64,000 nucleotides of DNA, from the NCBI GenBank assembly GCA_964016885.1, contig OZ024740.1, positions 113,460,001 to 113,524,000 on the forward strand, read 5' to 3'. Positions within the stretch are counted from its first letter, which is position 1; each line of letters begins with the position of its first letter. Below the pieces are notes generated by a model. The model was not told where the DNA came from. It searched no databases and saw nothing but the letters and a program-made list of their open reading frames with translations. The DNA comes from Eledone cirrhosa. Lineage: Eukaryota. Positions 35,649-51,239 of the stretch are shown piece by piece. The position numbers and the translations under genes were made by a program.

Positions 35649-36689
35649 ATAATATAGAGCAGTTTTATAAATAAATATTGACATACCCTTAAAGAATGCA
35701 ACCATTACTGTTGGAAGCGCCCGGATAATTTAACTTTGTGTCCTTGAAATATGTATAATGAAATAAATATGCTTTTATAAATATAGTTTCCATTTGTTAA
35801 TATCGTATATATATATATATATATATTGGAAAAGTAAATAAGAACAAGGAGTACAGTTACGAAAGGTGTTGACTCTATTATATCCAGCTTAGAATTTACT
35901 TCATTTAATTATAATCGCTGTTAAACATATTTCAGTGATAACTGTTATGCAACAGTTATTACCTCATAAGACAGCTAGAAGTTGAACAGAAAAATACAGA
36001 AAACATATAGAAGAAGTAAAAATTGGTCATGTTGTTTCGCTTCATTGATATCTCTCGGGTTGATACTATACTTGGTGTTGCTTTCTGAAAGCACGGTGAC
36101 ATATAAATATAATTGTTCGTTTGTTTGTCTGTTTGTCTACTATGCTCTTCAAATTTGGCCGGTGAGATCCTTAAAGTCAGGAATAGGTTTTCCTGATATT
36201 AGAATCCATATTCATTTGTTTATATGTTTGTTTGTCTGTTTCGGATTGGAAACATTATATTTTTAGTCATTGAGAGAAAGACAGAGATAAAGAAAGTCAG
36301 CGATACGCCTTCAAACATCCTTTCAAATAGCCCTCCCTCTCTCCTACGTTCAATAAACATATTAGCCGTCTTCTCCTCTATCAGCAGCAGCACGTTTGAT
36401 CATACATTTTTATATCTCTACAATGTGTTTATATCCACTTCATATTTAGCCCGTATGTATATATATATATATCTTCTTCATAGCTTTCCCGTGCCTGCCA
36501 ATATATGCCACACCTTCTGATGTAGCTTTCGATGTAAAAGATGCAATTAAAGAAGTACGTTAACAATGAATGAATGTGGAGAGAAAGAAACAGTGATAAA
36601 GAAAGCGAAGAAACTGAGTGACACACCTTTTGCTTTATGGAAACACTACTAAAAATAACATTTGTGAAACCTGGAATATTTTTTTCATA

Positions 36690-37150
36690 TTCATTTCCGC
36701 TAGTTTTCTGTTGTTGTTTCCGAGTAATAACTGAAAGTTAATGCAATGAGTCATTCATTCAAAGAATATTTGGCGCAAACCTTAGCATTTCGCTGTTGTA
36801 TCCGAAAAATACCTGAAAATTAATGCAGTAAATTCATAATCAAGAAAATTTGACTGGACTTAGACCCATCGGTAACAGAAAGTTGTACGATTTTTAGATA
36901 AACATTATTGACTTTGGAAAGTGCAAGCAAAACATGCCACCGCAGAATAGAGCTTTATTTGGAAGAAAGTCACGTAAAGCTATGGCAAAGCAGCTACAAA
37001 GGGAGAATGAAAATAAAAAGCAGCGACAAGACAGATTCCAAAAATAAAGAAGAACCACAGCCAAATAGAGGCGAACTGTATCAACAGAACATAGATAAAA
37101 AATCCTTGCTAATGAAAGCAACTATTTCTCAAGATGAAGCCGATGTATGA
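36690..37150 (+). mobile_element. Helitron 5' region remnant related to 5870-6240
   Basis: ttgactttggaa..ttggaagaaagtc..aaagctatg..aaagcagctac..agggagaatgaaa shared with 6022-6130. Confidence 0.65.
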
Positions 37151-37255
37151 TATATACATGTATATATACCAAGATATTAATAAATGGAAACTATATTTAA
37201 AAAAACATATTTATTTTATTATATATATTTCAACAAATTAAATATAACTTCTACA

Positions 37256-37396
<141 letters not shown>

Positions 37397-37462
37397 CATA
37401 TATATATATACATCATATCCATAGATTAACAATCAATGTATCTATCTGTCTGTCTGCTTAAA

Positions 37463-37497
<35 letters not shown>

Positions 37498-38390
37498 ATA
37501 TCTAGAGGTGCTCTACCCCAGCAAGTTTTATGAAAGGTGGGTGAAAGTGGCGAGAATGGAGCGACTGAATGGGCCTTCTCTCTATATCAGCCTGTAGGTG
37601 AGAGAGGAGAAGAAGGAGGAGAGGAAGGGAATACCGCTCTTTGTGCTCCTGAGGAGGAGGGTTGCACATGTTTTCGACTATTGAGGGCTTCGATTGTTGA
37701 ATTTTATTTGTTATATGCTTTTACACGTCCTTTGAAATGTATGTAAACCCCCCCCCCCTCTTGTATTTGTCCCAATCTTTGATGCCCTGGTGGCAAATAA
37801 ATAGAAAGTTATCTATCTATCTATATACGTGTACATATATTTATAAATGTTGACCAATTACACGTGTTTGTGTTGTCGATCACAAAAAAAAAAAACAGGA
37901 GGAAAAATCTAAGAACAGAAGCTAAAAGAGGGAGCAGTGAAAAATAAATATTGCAAATTCAGTATTCTGGTGTGACATACTAGATTGGAAATACGAAATC
38001 TAGTTTAGTCTGTTTATCATTGGTAATTTCTCAATAAACTTTCAATCGTAAAAGAGACATTCCTCCTTGTTGCTACAATCGATAGAAATAGTAGTAGAAA
38101 TGCCTCGTCAAATCATGAGTTCGCAAAAATATTCATATTTTTGGATAGATTAATAAGCTTTGGACACATTTTAGGAAACGGAAATATATCTGTGTGTGTG
38201 TGTGTGTGTGCGTGTGTGTGTGTGCGTTTTACAAAGAGAGAGAGAGAGAGGTATTTCTGGCTGAATAGGAAAGAATATTAAAATTGTGTACATCAGAATA
38301 AGTCAAAGAGTGATTTGTGTATGAGAGATGTTAGGAGAGGAAAATACAAGTTGTGTGTCAGAAAAGATTTTGATATATATATAACAACAT

Positions 38391-38483
<93 letters not shown>

Positions 38484-38485
38484 AC

Positions 38486-38521
<36 letters not shown>

Positions 38522-38569
38522 GCGCGTGTGTGTGCGCGCGTGTGTGTGAGCGCGCGTGTGTGTACATAT

Positions 38570-38624
<55 letters not shown>

Positions 38625-39004
38625 TGAAAATTAAGATGGGCGATGAGAGAGTATCTTTAAATAAAAAAGAAAGTTGTGTGAAGGAAAAGATATCAATCTA
38701 TAAAAGGTTGTGGCATGCAACAAAGTAAAGTTTAGTTTAAAATTTCAAACATTAATCATCCGCCATTACTGACACATCATATAAGCCATGCAGCAGCGGT
38801 GTATGAATGATTTCTCAACGATAAATCTATGAGTGCCGGAAAGATGCAGTCTTGATGAAAGGAACATGAAAAAACCAAAGCGCTAAGAGGAATGATAACG
38901 TAATTCTTTGATGCTGTTGCCAGTTAGATACCTGTGCTAAACCTCTTATACTTGATGTACTTAGCATTGCCTGCTTTCTTTGTGTTGTTATATTAAAACC
39001 AATT

Positions 39005-39057
<53 letters not shown>

Positions 39058-39123
39058 AATATAAATTCATTATATATATATATATATATTTAATGAGAAA
39101 TTGAATAACACAAAATATCAGTA

Positions 39124-39191
39124 CTCCATTACCAAAGGTTTCTGGATCCCTGAAAATAATAATATACGTCTGGATCGGTCATCAGACAGAG
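39124..39191 (-). ncRNA. Hammerhead ribozyme
   Basis: ctctgt-CTGATGA-ccgatcc..ggatcca-GAAA-cctttgg-TA-atggag. Confidence 0.7.
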
Positions 39192-39412
39192 ATGTCATGT
39201 ATAAAAGATATGAAATGTGATTTAAAATCTGTTAAAAATTGGAAGTGAGGCTGGAAAGATAACGTGAAATATACATAAGAAAAGAAGGGTAAGAAAAATA
39301 ATGTATAAAAATATATAGCAATATAGAAAAAGACATATGTGTGCATACATATGCACACATATCCACACATTCAGATAAAAGTAAAATATATATATATGTA
39401 TATATACACACA

Positions 39413-39550
<138 letters not shown>

Positions 39551-39774
39551 AACATACATATGCACGGACATACACATATACATATACAAACACATATATA
39601 TACACACACACATAAATACATATACAGACATACATACAGACATATATCATGTATATATATATATATATAGTGGAAGAATGAAGAGTAACATATTTGGCTG
39701 TACAACAAGAGTACACAGAACCTCTAACTGGATTACCCATAACGATAACTTGTTACCCTATATATATATATACC

Positions 39775-39859
<85 letters not shown>

Positions 39860-39863
39860 TATA

Positions 39864-39896
<33 letters not shown>

Positions 39897-39953
39897 AGTC
39901 TCTGAAACCATCAACACCAAAAACACAGAGCTGGCACATCTAAGAACTGACTA

Positions 39954-40009
39954 ACTGCCTGATGAGGTCATAGCCATTCAATGGCTATCATCGAAATATA
40001 TATAGCAGT
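39954..40009 (+). ncRNA. Hammerhead ribozyme in a ~160-bp element between (TA)n tracts
   Basis: actgc-CTGATGA-ggtcatagccat tca atggctatcatc-GAAA-TATATA-TA-gcagt. Confidence 0.85.
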
Positions 40010-40050
40010 AAATAAAGGATTATGAGTTCATGTAATTGACTTATGTTTCG

Positions 40051-40103
<53 letters not shown>

Positions 40104-40105
40104 AT

Positions 40106-40655
40106 AACGAAGGAAGTGTGGTAAGGAACCAGGTGGACCATAACGCACCAGAGTATTCGATACTTTGGGTAGCTCCAGCCGTTTCGACGTCTATTTCAAG
40201 ACTAGATTAAACTTTTAGCGTGGTGTAGATATAGTCGAACTTTTAGAGGGGTAATTCCATATATGGGCATGCAATACTCAGGGATTTCTGAAGGTTGTAG
40301 TTATCAAAAATAATGGTCGAAGTTCTTGTAAACACAGTTAAATCTTTCATGGCGGCGGGTATAGAATTTACTTTTAACGCTTGACCGGCTTCACCTACTC
40401 CCTCTTTGTTCTACAGGAAAGTTCAGTCACTCCCACCCTAGCCGCTGTCATGAAAGATTTAACTGTGTTTGCAAAGAATTTCGATCACTCCTTTTGATAA
40501 CTACAACCTTCAGAAATGCCTGACTATCGCATATATTGAATTACTCCTTGAAGAGTCCGGCTATATCAACACCACGCTAAAAATTTAATTTAGTCCAGAA
40601 ATAGCCGTCAAAACGGCTTGAGCTCTGCCGTCGGGGTCGTAACACTTCTCCAATA
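40106..40655. mobile_element. Fold-back non-coding element with a degenerate HHR (40543-40637 +)
   Basis: ~40175-40360 inverted at ~40440-40620; actcc-TTGAAGA-..ggctat..atagcc..-AAAA-cggc..gccg-TC-ggggt. Confidence 0.7.
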
Positions 40656-40678
40656 CATGTATACATATATATATATAA

Positions 40679-40744
<66 letters not shown>

Positions 40745-41949
40745 GTGAGGTTTTTTTTACAAAATGAAAAATAACGGAGGTGTCCTACACGAGGGAAAGT
40801 ATAAAGAAAAAGAGATGAAATCGAAAATGCAACTGGAGCCTTATTTAAAAAAAAATATACATATATTTATTTGGTTCCTTTACCGGTTTCGCAGTTCTTC
40901 TGCTTTTCAAAAGGTGAGTTGAGATGGAGGGTCTGTGGTTTTTCTTACATCTGGTTGGTCTCTGAATGTTACCTGTTTTATATGGAAAAAGTGGCTCGAA
41001 ATGCCAGGTTTTTCGAGAAGTAATTTGATTGGTTTGTCAATAATTATAATAAATTTCGCGCCAGTTCGCGTTATAATAGTTCTTCAAATAAGAGGGGGGG
41101 GTGTTGTCACAGGTTGTTTTTTTCATATATGAGTGTTTGAATTTCTTTTTACTTGAAAAAAGTGGCTCACGAAGGCTTTTTTTTGGTTGGTTATAAATGA
41201 AATTATTGCTGTCACGTGAACAAGTTTTCATTAAATTTTCGTGCCCTTATTTGGAAATCCATTCTGTAGCCTTTTTAGAGAATTTTATGATAAGTGAAAG
41301 ATAATGGTCAAGAGAAAGGGATGGGAGAATTGTTCTGGTTCAGTGAATATGGTTAGTTCGCTGGGGTATCAGAATTCAGATTTTCTATTGAATAAAGAAA
41401 GTAAAGATATGTATGTTTATTTGTGTGCTTGTGTGTGTGTGCGCGCGTGTGTGTGTGTGTGTGTGTGTGTGTGTTGTGTGTGTGTTTGAATTTCTTCACT
41501 TAAAAAAAGGTGGCTCACGAAGGCTTTTTTTTAATAAACGTGATTTGATTGGTTATAAATGAAATTTGGCTGTCACGTGAACAAGTTTTCATTACATTTT
41601 TGCGCCCTTATTTGGAAATCTATTCTGTAGCCTTTATAGAGAATGTCATGACAAGGGAAAGACAGGGGTCAAGAGAAATGGGATTGGGAGAATTGTTCAG
41701 AGACCAACCTGATGTGAGAAAAACCATAGACCCTCCATCTCAACTCACCTTTTGAAATGCAGAAGAACTGCGAAACCGGTAAAGGAACCAAATAAATATA
41801 TATATTTAAAAAAAAATAAGACTCCAGTTGCATTTTCGATTTCATCTCTTTTTCTTTATACTTTCACTCGTGTAGGACACCTCGGTTATTTTTCATTTTG
41901 TAAAAAAAACCTCACTTTCTAATATATACCCACCACACGAAGACCGAAA

Positions 41950-44900
41950 ATGCCACCAAAGTCTCAACAAAACAACAACTCACTGAACCAGGACATCTTA
42001 AATGAACTCAAAGAGATTTCCTCTAAACTCTCAATTGTGACCAACAAAGTGGACCAAATACACATCTATAAAAAAGGACCCCACAAAGAAACAGAAAATA
42101 CCCAAGAGACGAATATTACTCCAGTATTAACTAAGCTAATCGAAACCATTGAAACAGCAATGCTCCAAAAGCTGGAACAACCGTTAGAACCCAATCTACG
42201 AGATGTCCACTCAGTGAAAAACACCCTAATCAACATATGGACTCAAAAGCTCACAGCCCGCAAATTCGCCCTTTGGAATCTCCTAAAAAATAATGGCAAG
42301 GCAGACATATATGAAAAGTTGCTAAACTCTACCCCAATCATCCTCCCAAATAAACTCCAAATAAAACCCATCCCGAATGAACCAGAAAACCAACAAAGAT
42401 TTAGGGAAAAGATGGCATTGGAAACATTTAAAACAGAAATAGAACTGTTGCGATTAAGAGCCAACTCCAACGAACAAAAATTCAAGTCACTCGACCAACA
42501 GATGGACACATAAATCTCAAAGCACTCTGAAGGCCTACTCTACAAAAAAAACCTAAAACTTTGGAAAGAAAACTGCGAGGATGAAGAACTAACATCCCTC
42601 CAGCGATGGGAAAAAAACGCCACCTGGTTCAACAACTACGAAATGGACTTCAAAAATGAACAACATACAGGTAACCCATTTTAAAAACAAACTAAAACTC
42701 ACACACGACATGCACAACAAATAACAAAAAAGTAACAACACGTCCAACATACCCCCAGCAAAACTATAACGATAATCCCAGAAACCGTAGACAAAACTAT
42801 AACCCTACTAACAAAAACCAAAGATCCCCGAACACAAGACAGGACCTGATCTGCAGATCACAACCCACACAAAACCTATTCCCAAACCGTAGACCCCTGC
42901 CCACACAGAGCCTGTTCCAAAACCGTAGATCCCAACCCACACAAAGGAACAAAATCTAAAACCCGGACTATCAACGAACCGAACCTCAATACGTCCGAAA
43001 CGTCTATACAAGACCACACAACAACAGGGGAAATACCATTAGATATAATAATACAATTGAAAAAACATTCCAGAAAAATCATTTTTTAGACCAAGGCTAC
43101 ACGACTCACGACACCCGGTGGCACAAACCGATTTTGAAAAACCGAAAATAATTAACCTTTCAAAAAAAAACCTCTCAGCCCAACAAGTAAAAATTCTCTC
43201 CAAAGGACTTAAATTCACACCAACACTACAATACTCTAACCCCAATGAGATAAATGACGATATCTCACACTTCTGTAGAAAATTACGTCTCACAGAGGAA
43301 TTCTTTGACAAGGAGAATAACAACGAATCAATTGTACGGAATAAAAGCAGCTACAACCCAACAAAAGGTAGAAACAGAGTTCTGGACAAATTTTGTGACC
43401 ACATAGCTACCTTCCCATACCATGAACTACCGCAACCTAAACCCAAACCCAACAAGAGTCGAAGGGAATGGGAGATTATCCATGAACTAAAAAACAATAC
43501 GGACATTATAATTAAGAAGCGGACAAGTTGTCATTATGGAGGCAGAAAAATATGAAAATGCTATGTTCTCTCTCTTACAAAATACTAATTACTATGAAAG
43601 AGTAAAAAACTACCAGCAATCAAAAATAATGACCAAATTAAACACACTGATTTATCGATACCAGGAAGACCTAACTAAAAAGGAACGCGATTATTTAACA
43701 AATTTTGAATACAAAACCAGCAATCTTTACGGACTTCCGAAGATCCACAAGTGTAAAATAATCAACAATGCCTGTAAACAATCCACAACAGCCTGCGTCA
43801 ACACACAATACCCCACAGACCTTAAATTAAGACCAATTGTAGCGGGCCCACAATGTGAAACACACAGACTGAGCAACTTTATAGACATACTACTGAAACC
43901 AATACTGAAAACACATACCAAGCCTTGTAAGAGACGATCTGGACCTCTTAAACCACCTCCCCAAACATGTCAACAATGACACTATTATTGTGTCTTTCGA
44001 TGTAGTGAATCTCTACATAACGATCCCACACCAATACGGACTAGAAGCAATAGGATTCTGGCTAGAGAAATATCCCAATGAGATACCTGACAGAATAGAA
44101 AAAAGATTCATCACCGAGGGATTAAAATTCATCTTACAGAACAACTTTTTTGATTTCGATGGCAATACTTACAAGCAAATATCGGGGACTGCGATGGGTA
44201 CAAAAGCCGCTCCAACTTATGCCAACTTAGTCATGGCATACTTAGAAGTCCAGATATATGAACAGTCCAAATCAAAATACGGATTGAACTTCCACAAATA
44301 TTTATCAGAGAATTGGAAACGCTACTTGGATGATTGCCTCATTCTTTGGTCCCACACACTCGACCAACTGAAGGATTTCAAAAACTTAATAAACGGCATC
44401 AATAACCACATCCAATTCACAATGGAATACAGCCAAGATCAACTCCCATTTCTGGACATCTTAATCTTAAAAAAAGACATAAATATCGAAACTGACATAC
44501 ACTACAAACCAACAGATTCCAAACAATATCTGCTATTCACCTCCAACCATCCAAAGCACACAAAGACGAACATTCCTTTTAACCTAGCAAGAAGAATTTG
44601 CACAATTGTCTCCAATTATGAAACGCGAAATGAAAGACTTCAAGAATTAAAGGAAATTCTACTCGAGAGAGAGTACCCACTATTACTAATAAATAATGGA
44701 ATAGAAAGGGCTAAAGCAATAGGCATTGATGAATTACGGAAACAGAAACAAATTCAAGGTACGTCCAATATTCTATCATATATCTCAACACACAACCCAA
44801 GAAATGCGGAAGCTTACAACACTATTCACAAGAACATCCCACTAATAAAACAAAACCCAAGAATGAAAAAAGCCCTCGAAACACACAAAATAATTAAAAG

Positions 44901-45378
44901 CAAAAGACAACCAAATTCACTGAAAACGTTACTCACCAATGCCAAATTACCTACCACAAACCCACAACCAAGTATCAAAAAATGTGGTCGCTCTAATTGT
45001 GGAACCTGCACTCACCTCATTGAAGGCAACACGTATACATTTAAATCAGGACAAAATTTTACTGTAAAAAATCACTTCACTTGATCATCAAAAAATCTAT
45101 TTTATGCCATTAAATGTATAGGATGCAATGAAGATTATATAGGACAAACTAAACTCACACTCAGAAACAGAATGACAGTTTATCGCCAACAATTAGGAGA
45201 TCCAACCACGAGACAGATACCACTAAGTGCACATCTAGACATTTGCGCAAGTAATAAGACACCCAAATTCCAAGTCTTCCCATTTTACCTTTGCGCTAAT
45301 AATACAACAGAACAAATACGAATAAATAAGGAAAATATGTTTATTCAAAAATTTAGACCAGCATTAAATATGGTTTAA
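41950..45378 (+). pseudogene. PLE polyprotein (N-terminal region, RT, Zn-finger linker, GIY-YIG endonuclease), broken by stops and frameshifts
   Basis: INLSKKNLS..LSKGLKFTP, LYGLPKIHK, LRPIV, SFDVVNLY, GTAMG, RYLDD, LPFLD, CGRSNCGTC, NLFYAIKCIGCNEDYIGQT..R. Confidence 0.95.
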
Positions 45379-45579
45379 TATACATTATGTCAACACCATA
45401 ATATGACATACACACACACATAACACCTTCTATTTCAGAAAATAAAAAAACCGAACTAAATAAACCTTAACATACGTTTGCACTGACAATACAACAGAAC
45501 AAATACGAATAAGTAACGAAAACATGTTCATTCAAAAATATTCCTACTAAAGGAATCATTTTCCTACACACACACACAC

Positions 45580-45620
<41 letters not shown>

Positions 45621-45862
45621 TCTTCATCTTAACATGCTAACCATACTCCCACACACATAACACCCATACACACACATAACAACCCCCACACACACAACTC
45701 CCTCCCCCATTTCTACTAATAGAACCACTTTCCTACACACATATATACACACACACAAAATATATATTCTCTCCATCTTAACATACTCGCACACACACAT
45801 AACACCCATATACACACACACACAACTCCCTCCCCCATTTCTACTAATAGAATCATCTTCCA

Positions 45863-45975
<113 letters not shown>

Positions 45976-46824
45976 TAAACATACATATCTTTACTTCAAT
46001 AGAAAATCTGAACTCTGACACCCCAGCGAACTAACCATATTCACTGAACCAGAACAATTCTCTCAATCCCATTTCTCTTGACCACCTCTTTCCCTTGTCA
46101 TAACATTCTCTATAAAGGCTACAGAATAGATTTCCAAATAAGGGCGCAAAAATGTAATGAAGACATGTTCACGTGACAGCCAAATTTCATTTATAACCAA
46201 TCAAATCACGTTTATTAAAAAAAAGCCTTCGTGAGCCACCTTTTTTTTAAGTGAAGAAATTCAAACACACACACACACAACACACACACACACACACGCA
46301 CACACACACAAGCACACAAATAAACATACATATCTTTACTTTCTTTATTCAATAGAAAATCTGAATTCTGACACCCCAGCGAACTAACCATATTCACTGA
46401 ACCAGAACAATTCTCCCATCCCTTTCTCTTGACCATTATCTTTCACTTATCATAAAATTCTCTAAAAAGGCTACAGAATGGATTTCCAAATAATGACACG
46501 AAAATTTAATGAAAACTTGTTCACGTGACAGCCATAATTTCATTTATAACCAACCAAAAAAAAGCCTTCGTGAGCCACTTTTTTCAAGTAAAAAGAAATT
46601 CAAACACTCACATATGAAAAAACAACCTGTGACAACCCCCGCCCCTCTTATTTGAAGACCTATTGTAACGCGAACTGGCGCGAAATTTATTATAATTATT
46701 GACAAACCAATCAAATTACTTCTCGAAAAACCTGGCATTTCGAGCCACTTTTTCCATATAAAACAAGTAACATTCAGAGACCAACCAGATGTGAGAAAAA
46801 CCACAGACCCTCCATCTCAACTCA

Positions 46825-46862
46825 CCTTTTGAAAAGCAGAAGAACTGCGAAACCGGTAAAGG
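46825..46862 (+). ncRNA. pLTR hammerhead ribozyme with U3-A8 core (copies 40877-40914 -, 41748-41785 +, 22279-22316 +, 57598-57635 +)
   Basis: cctt-TTGAAAA-gcag aagaa ctgc-GAAA-CCGG-TA-aagg. Confidence 0.8.
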
Positions 46863-47325
46863 AACCAAATAAATATGTATATTTAAAAAAAAAATAAGAC
46901 TCCAGTTGCATTTTCGATTTCATCTCGTTTTCTTTATATATATATATATATATATATATACATGGCATAGACAGAAGTGTATTAACACACTATGTATTAT
47001 ACATACACAAATACAAGGGAAAAAATATAGAATAAAAGTATAGATAAGCGGTCGGATGGAATGATACGAAGACGTTGCACACATAATGATAGGCTTCTAC
47101 ATAAATACAATCACATACGCAAAACTACATATAGATACATACATGCATGTGTCCAGTGGAAATATAAACATATCGAAGCATGCAAAAATACAAATGAACT
47201 CACGCAGATAACCACATACAGAAATACATATATGCACACACACGCATGCACATATATATATAAATATCTCTCTCTATATATATACATACATATACGTACA
47301 TAAACACACACACACACACATATAT

Positions 47326-47359
<34 letters not shown>

Positions 47360-47384
47360 CTGGTTCCTTACCACACTTCCTTCG

Positions 47385-47430
<46 letters not shown>

Positions 47431-47851
47431 CCTCACAAATGTGGATAGTTGTGTTTTATACACCTGTCTATATGCATCCATAAATAGGGGAGCAGCAATA
47501 AACCGGTAAAGGAAGTTACTGCTGCTGTGATAAGTGCCGCAGTGGACCAGAGCCCTGGGCAGCAAGAATCATTTTAACATACAACGTTTTTGTCCGTGTG
47601 CTAGCCTGTTTCTGGTCAAAAGAAATTTATATTAGGATAGACAATATATATAAAATGATTATTCAGAATCCTATAATTAATCTGGATAGATAATTCTTAT
47701 GTGTAACGTATAGACAACAATAAAACTGCATCTTTATGAGTATTGTATCCATGTTATCTGTCCATATATGAACAAATATATCGACATCTGAATATATACT
47801 TATATATATACATATATATATATATATACAAATATATACATATATATATAC

Positions 47852-47943
<92 letters not shown>

Positions 47944-48889
47944 AACTTGTTTTTAATCTGATTTGCTGCAGCATCCACACTAATTATCATATTTTATTTT
48001 TATGTGATCATTTGTACGTGATGTCGTTTTATAGCGATTATTAACTGTCTGTTGCAGAAAACAATTATATACTATAGTTTCTGAAAGACATGTAAATGAT
48101 GATACATTTTTAATGATCACTTTGAATCAGGTATAAAAAAAAGAACACAAAAAATAAACAATAAACGAAATGATATATATGAATGTTATCAGAGCAGCTC
48201 TAACTGTACAACGACCAGTCATAAAACGTTTTATGAGATTGGTGCACGAATTGTGTCCGCACTCTATGAAGACATGTGTAAGGTTATGCTACCATTTGAA
48301 AACGTAAAACCGCTTAAAACAGCTATATCTAGTGCTAGAAGAAAGAAGAAATATAATTGACTCTTTCTTTCTTTATGCTAGATTGTAATTCATACTGGCA
48401 AATGGTACATCATCGTTGTAGACGATATAAAAGAATGATTGAAGTCAGAGAAATTGAAGAAAGTCGTATAGAATCTGGCATCAAATAGTATTTCGTCTGA
48501 GTGAAGAACATTTTATTTATTTTACCCGTGGCAATTTTAATCGTAATACTTCTATCACGATGTCTTGGGAAGTAATAGCAATGTCAGACAGTACACATAC
48601 ACACGCGCAAACACCGATACACATACCCCCCCCCCCACACACACACACGCGCACACACAATTCTAGTGGTTAGGATGTTGGGCTTATGATTGTAACGTCG
48701 TAGGTTCGATCCGTGGAGTGGGTATCGCAGTGAGCAAAACATATTTCACGTATAAGTACCAACTGGAGATTATCTCCGTCCAGGGGCATGAATTATATGC
48801 ACAGTCAGATGATTAATGTAAATGAAACTGGATAAACTCCGACCTAGTGAGACCCCGGGCTTGAGACAATTTAGCACACACTTATATTA

Positions 48890-49062
48890 TCGGTAGAGGG
48901 TCGGACGCCATGCTTTCCAGCATAGTTACGTCCCTTTACGATCTGAGTTCAAATCCCGCCGAGGTTGACTTTGTCTTTCATCCTTACGGGGTCGATAAAA
49001 TAAAGTACCAGTAATGCGCTGGGTAATTGCTGGCCTTGTGCCTAAAGTAGAAACAATTATTA
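48890..49062 (+). mobile_element. SINE family 1
   Basis: Family match. Confidence 0.8.
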
Positions 49063-49070
49063 CATCATAT

Positions 49071-49127
<57 letters not shown>

Positions 49128-49159
49128 AGTTTTCGCTCTACATGACTTAATACAATAAA

Positions 49160-49602
49160 TGTGATCTGAGTTTTTCGAATATTAATAATAACATTCGATT
49201 CGTTTGTAATTATACAAACAAGCCTCAATTTTATAGCCATGTCAGTAGAATGAACCCTTCATTCATGCTCTTGTGTTGGCAGAAAAGGAGACAGAAATGG
49301 AGACACTAATGTCTCTGGGTATCACCCTTCTGCTGGTATGCAGATCAGGCGGATCAGACACTCTATATTTTAGAAAATAGCATATATTTTCACTAGCTCT
49401 GGCAGTTGGCAGGTGAACAGTGAGCTGTACTGATAAAGGGTAATACCCAGAAACATTAGTGTTTGCAGTTCTGTTTACATGCCAACACAAGAGCATGAAT
49501 AAAGGGTTCATTCTATTGACATGGCTATAAAAATGAGGCTTGTTTGTATAATTGCAAACGAATCGAATGTTATTATTAATATTCGGAAAACTCAGATTAC
49601 AT
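49160..49602. mobile_element. Fold-back element with ~120-bp inverted arms and an internal HHR (49422-49471 +)
   Basis: 49160-49281 is the reverse complement of 49480-49602; gagctgta-CTGATAA-agggt aat accca-GAAA-cattagtg-TT-tgcagttc. Confidence 0.75.
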
Positions 49603-50282
49603 ATATATATGTATGATGATGTAATAATAATTATATATATACATGATTATCGAGCGAATTTTATCGAATATAATGGAAATAGCTTCGCTCGTTTCCTCTC
49701 TCTCTCAAAAATTTAATTAAGTCCGTATTATTAAAATTCAAATCGATCCGATTAGAGTGTACTATAATATATTAATATTTTAGGAAAACGACTTCCTCTG
49801 GGGAAGGACATTTGAATTACCTGGACCGATGCACCATTTACTAGATTCCGGTCTTTCTGCGGAGGTCCGAATGAAAGCACAATAAGCAGAAATTAGGTAA
49901 TGTTAGTAGACATTGTGTAAGTTTGCAGAAACCGCTACCTCAGTGGAAGATCCCCTACCTGGAATATAATGATCCGTTGCTGGATACAAATGACTGTAGT
50001 AGTAGTCCTCACATTTCAGTGACGTGTGAGGTCACATTAAGAAGAAGGTAATCCAGGCTTGAACATTTACAGGGTCAGTATAATTCTATGATGGTGCTGT
50101 TAAAGGGAAAACAAAGACAGAGTAGCAAGCGCTAAATAAATTGAAATAGAATAAAGTAAGCAATTTTACCATAAATATAAATGCAGGTTAATCCGCAGGG
50201 TGTTTAAAATAAATATGGAACGAAGCTTCGGTGGTTTCCTCACCTTATGCATATATATATATATGTATGCACACATACAAAC

Positions 50283-50423
<141 letters not shown>

Positions 50424-50819
50424 GATGATTGCAAATTCTGCCAAGAGTAATGCAATCGCTTGTCAGATGATAGAGTTTGGTGCAGTTTTAGGGTATGGCC
50501 AGCCACACGAAACTGAATCATATCCTGTGCTTTGAAGGTTTTTTAAGTGGGAAAAGGCCTTGCATACGACCAATCCCACTCTCTGTGCATCGAAAACACT
50601 ATCCGAAAAGGAAAACGAGTCAACATCATCGGGTGCTTCCGGAGGCGCAGGTTTTTTTTCAGAGTTTCCCTCACCTAGTAATGTGTTGTGACAACAACTG
50701 GGGGCCTATCACTCTCAGGTAAAAAAAAGTACTATTTGGATGGCGTTGACTCTGCTGAGTTCCTTCGCCCTTCGTCGGGTCTTGTATTTCATACCACCGG
50801 GTGTCCAAATATCACCATC

Positions 50820-50925
50820 AACACCAAGCTAGCTCGGTGGGTTGCCGATTTAGTGACCGACGACACAACCATGAGACAGGTTGTACTGGGTTACATGTTA
50901 CCAGTAGCACTCGAGAGCGATCTCA
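50820..50925. repeat. Dispersed repeat; inverted homolog at 3311-3415
   Basis: accatgagacaggttgtactgggttacatgttaccagtagcactc is shared with 3311-3415. Confidence 0.75.
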
Positions 50926-50953
50926 CACACACAAACACCCACACACACACACC

Positions 50954-50995
<42 letters not shown>

Positions 50996-51239
50996 CCATA
51001 AAATAGAGGATCGTCTTATACTCCAGGTATAAAATGTGAACCTTAAATCCTGTGGTTTACGGTAAGTTGTTAGCGGGGAGGTTTTTGTGGGTAGGCTAAC
51101 CCCTGCCTTGAAAATTATCGACACATATTTTATATTGAAACAATTTATTTCACATTATTATAATAAGATAATAAAATTATCTTGTAATAAAAGCAATCTT
51201 ACCTTATATAATATATTCTATGATTACACGACAATAATA

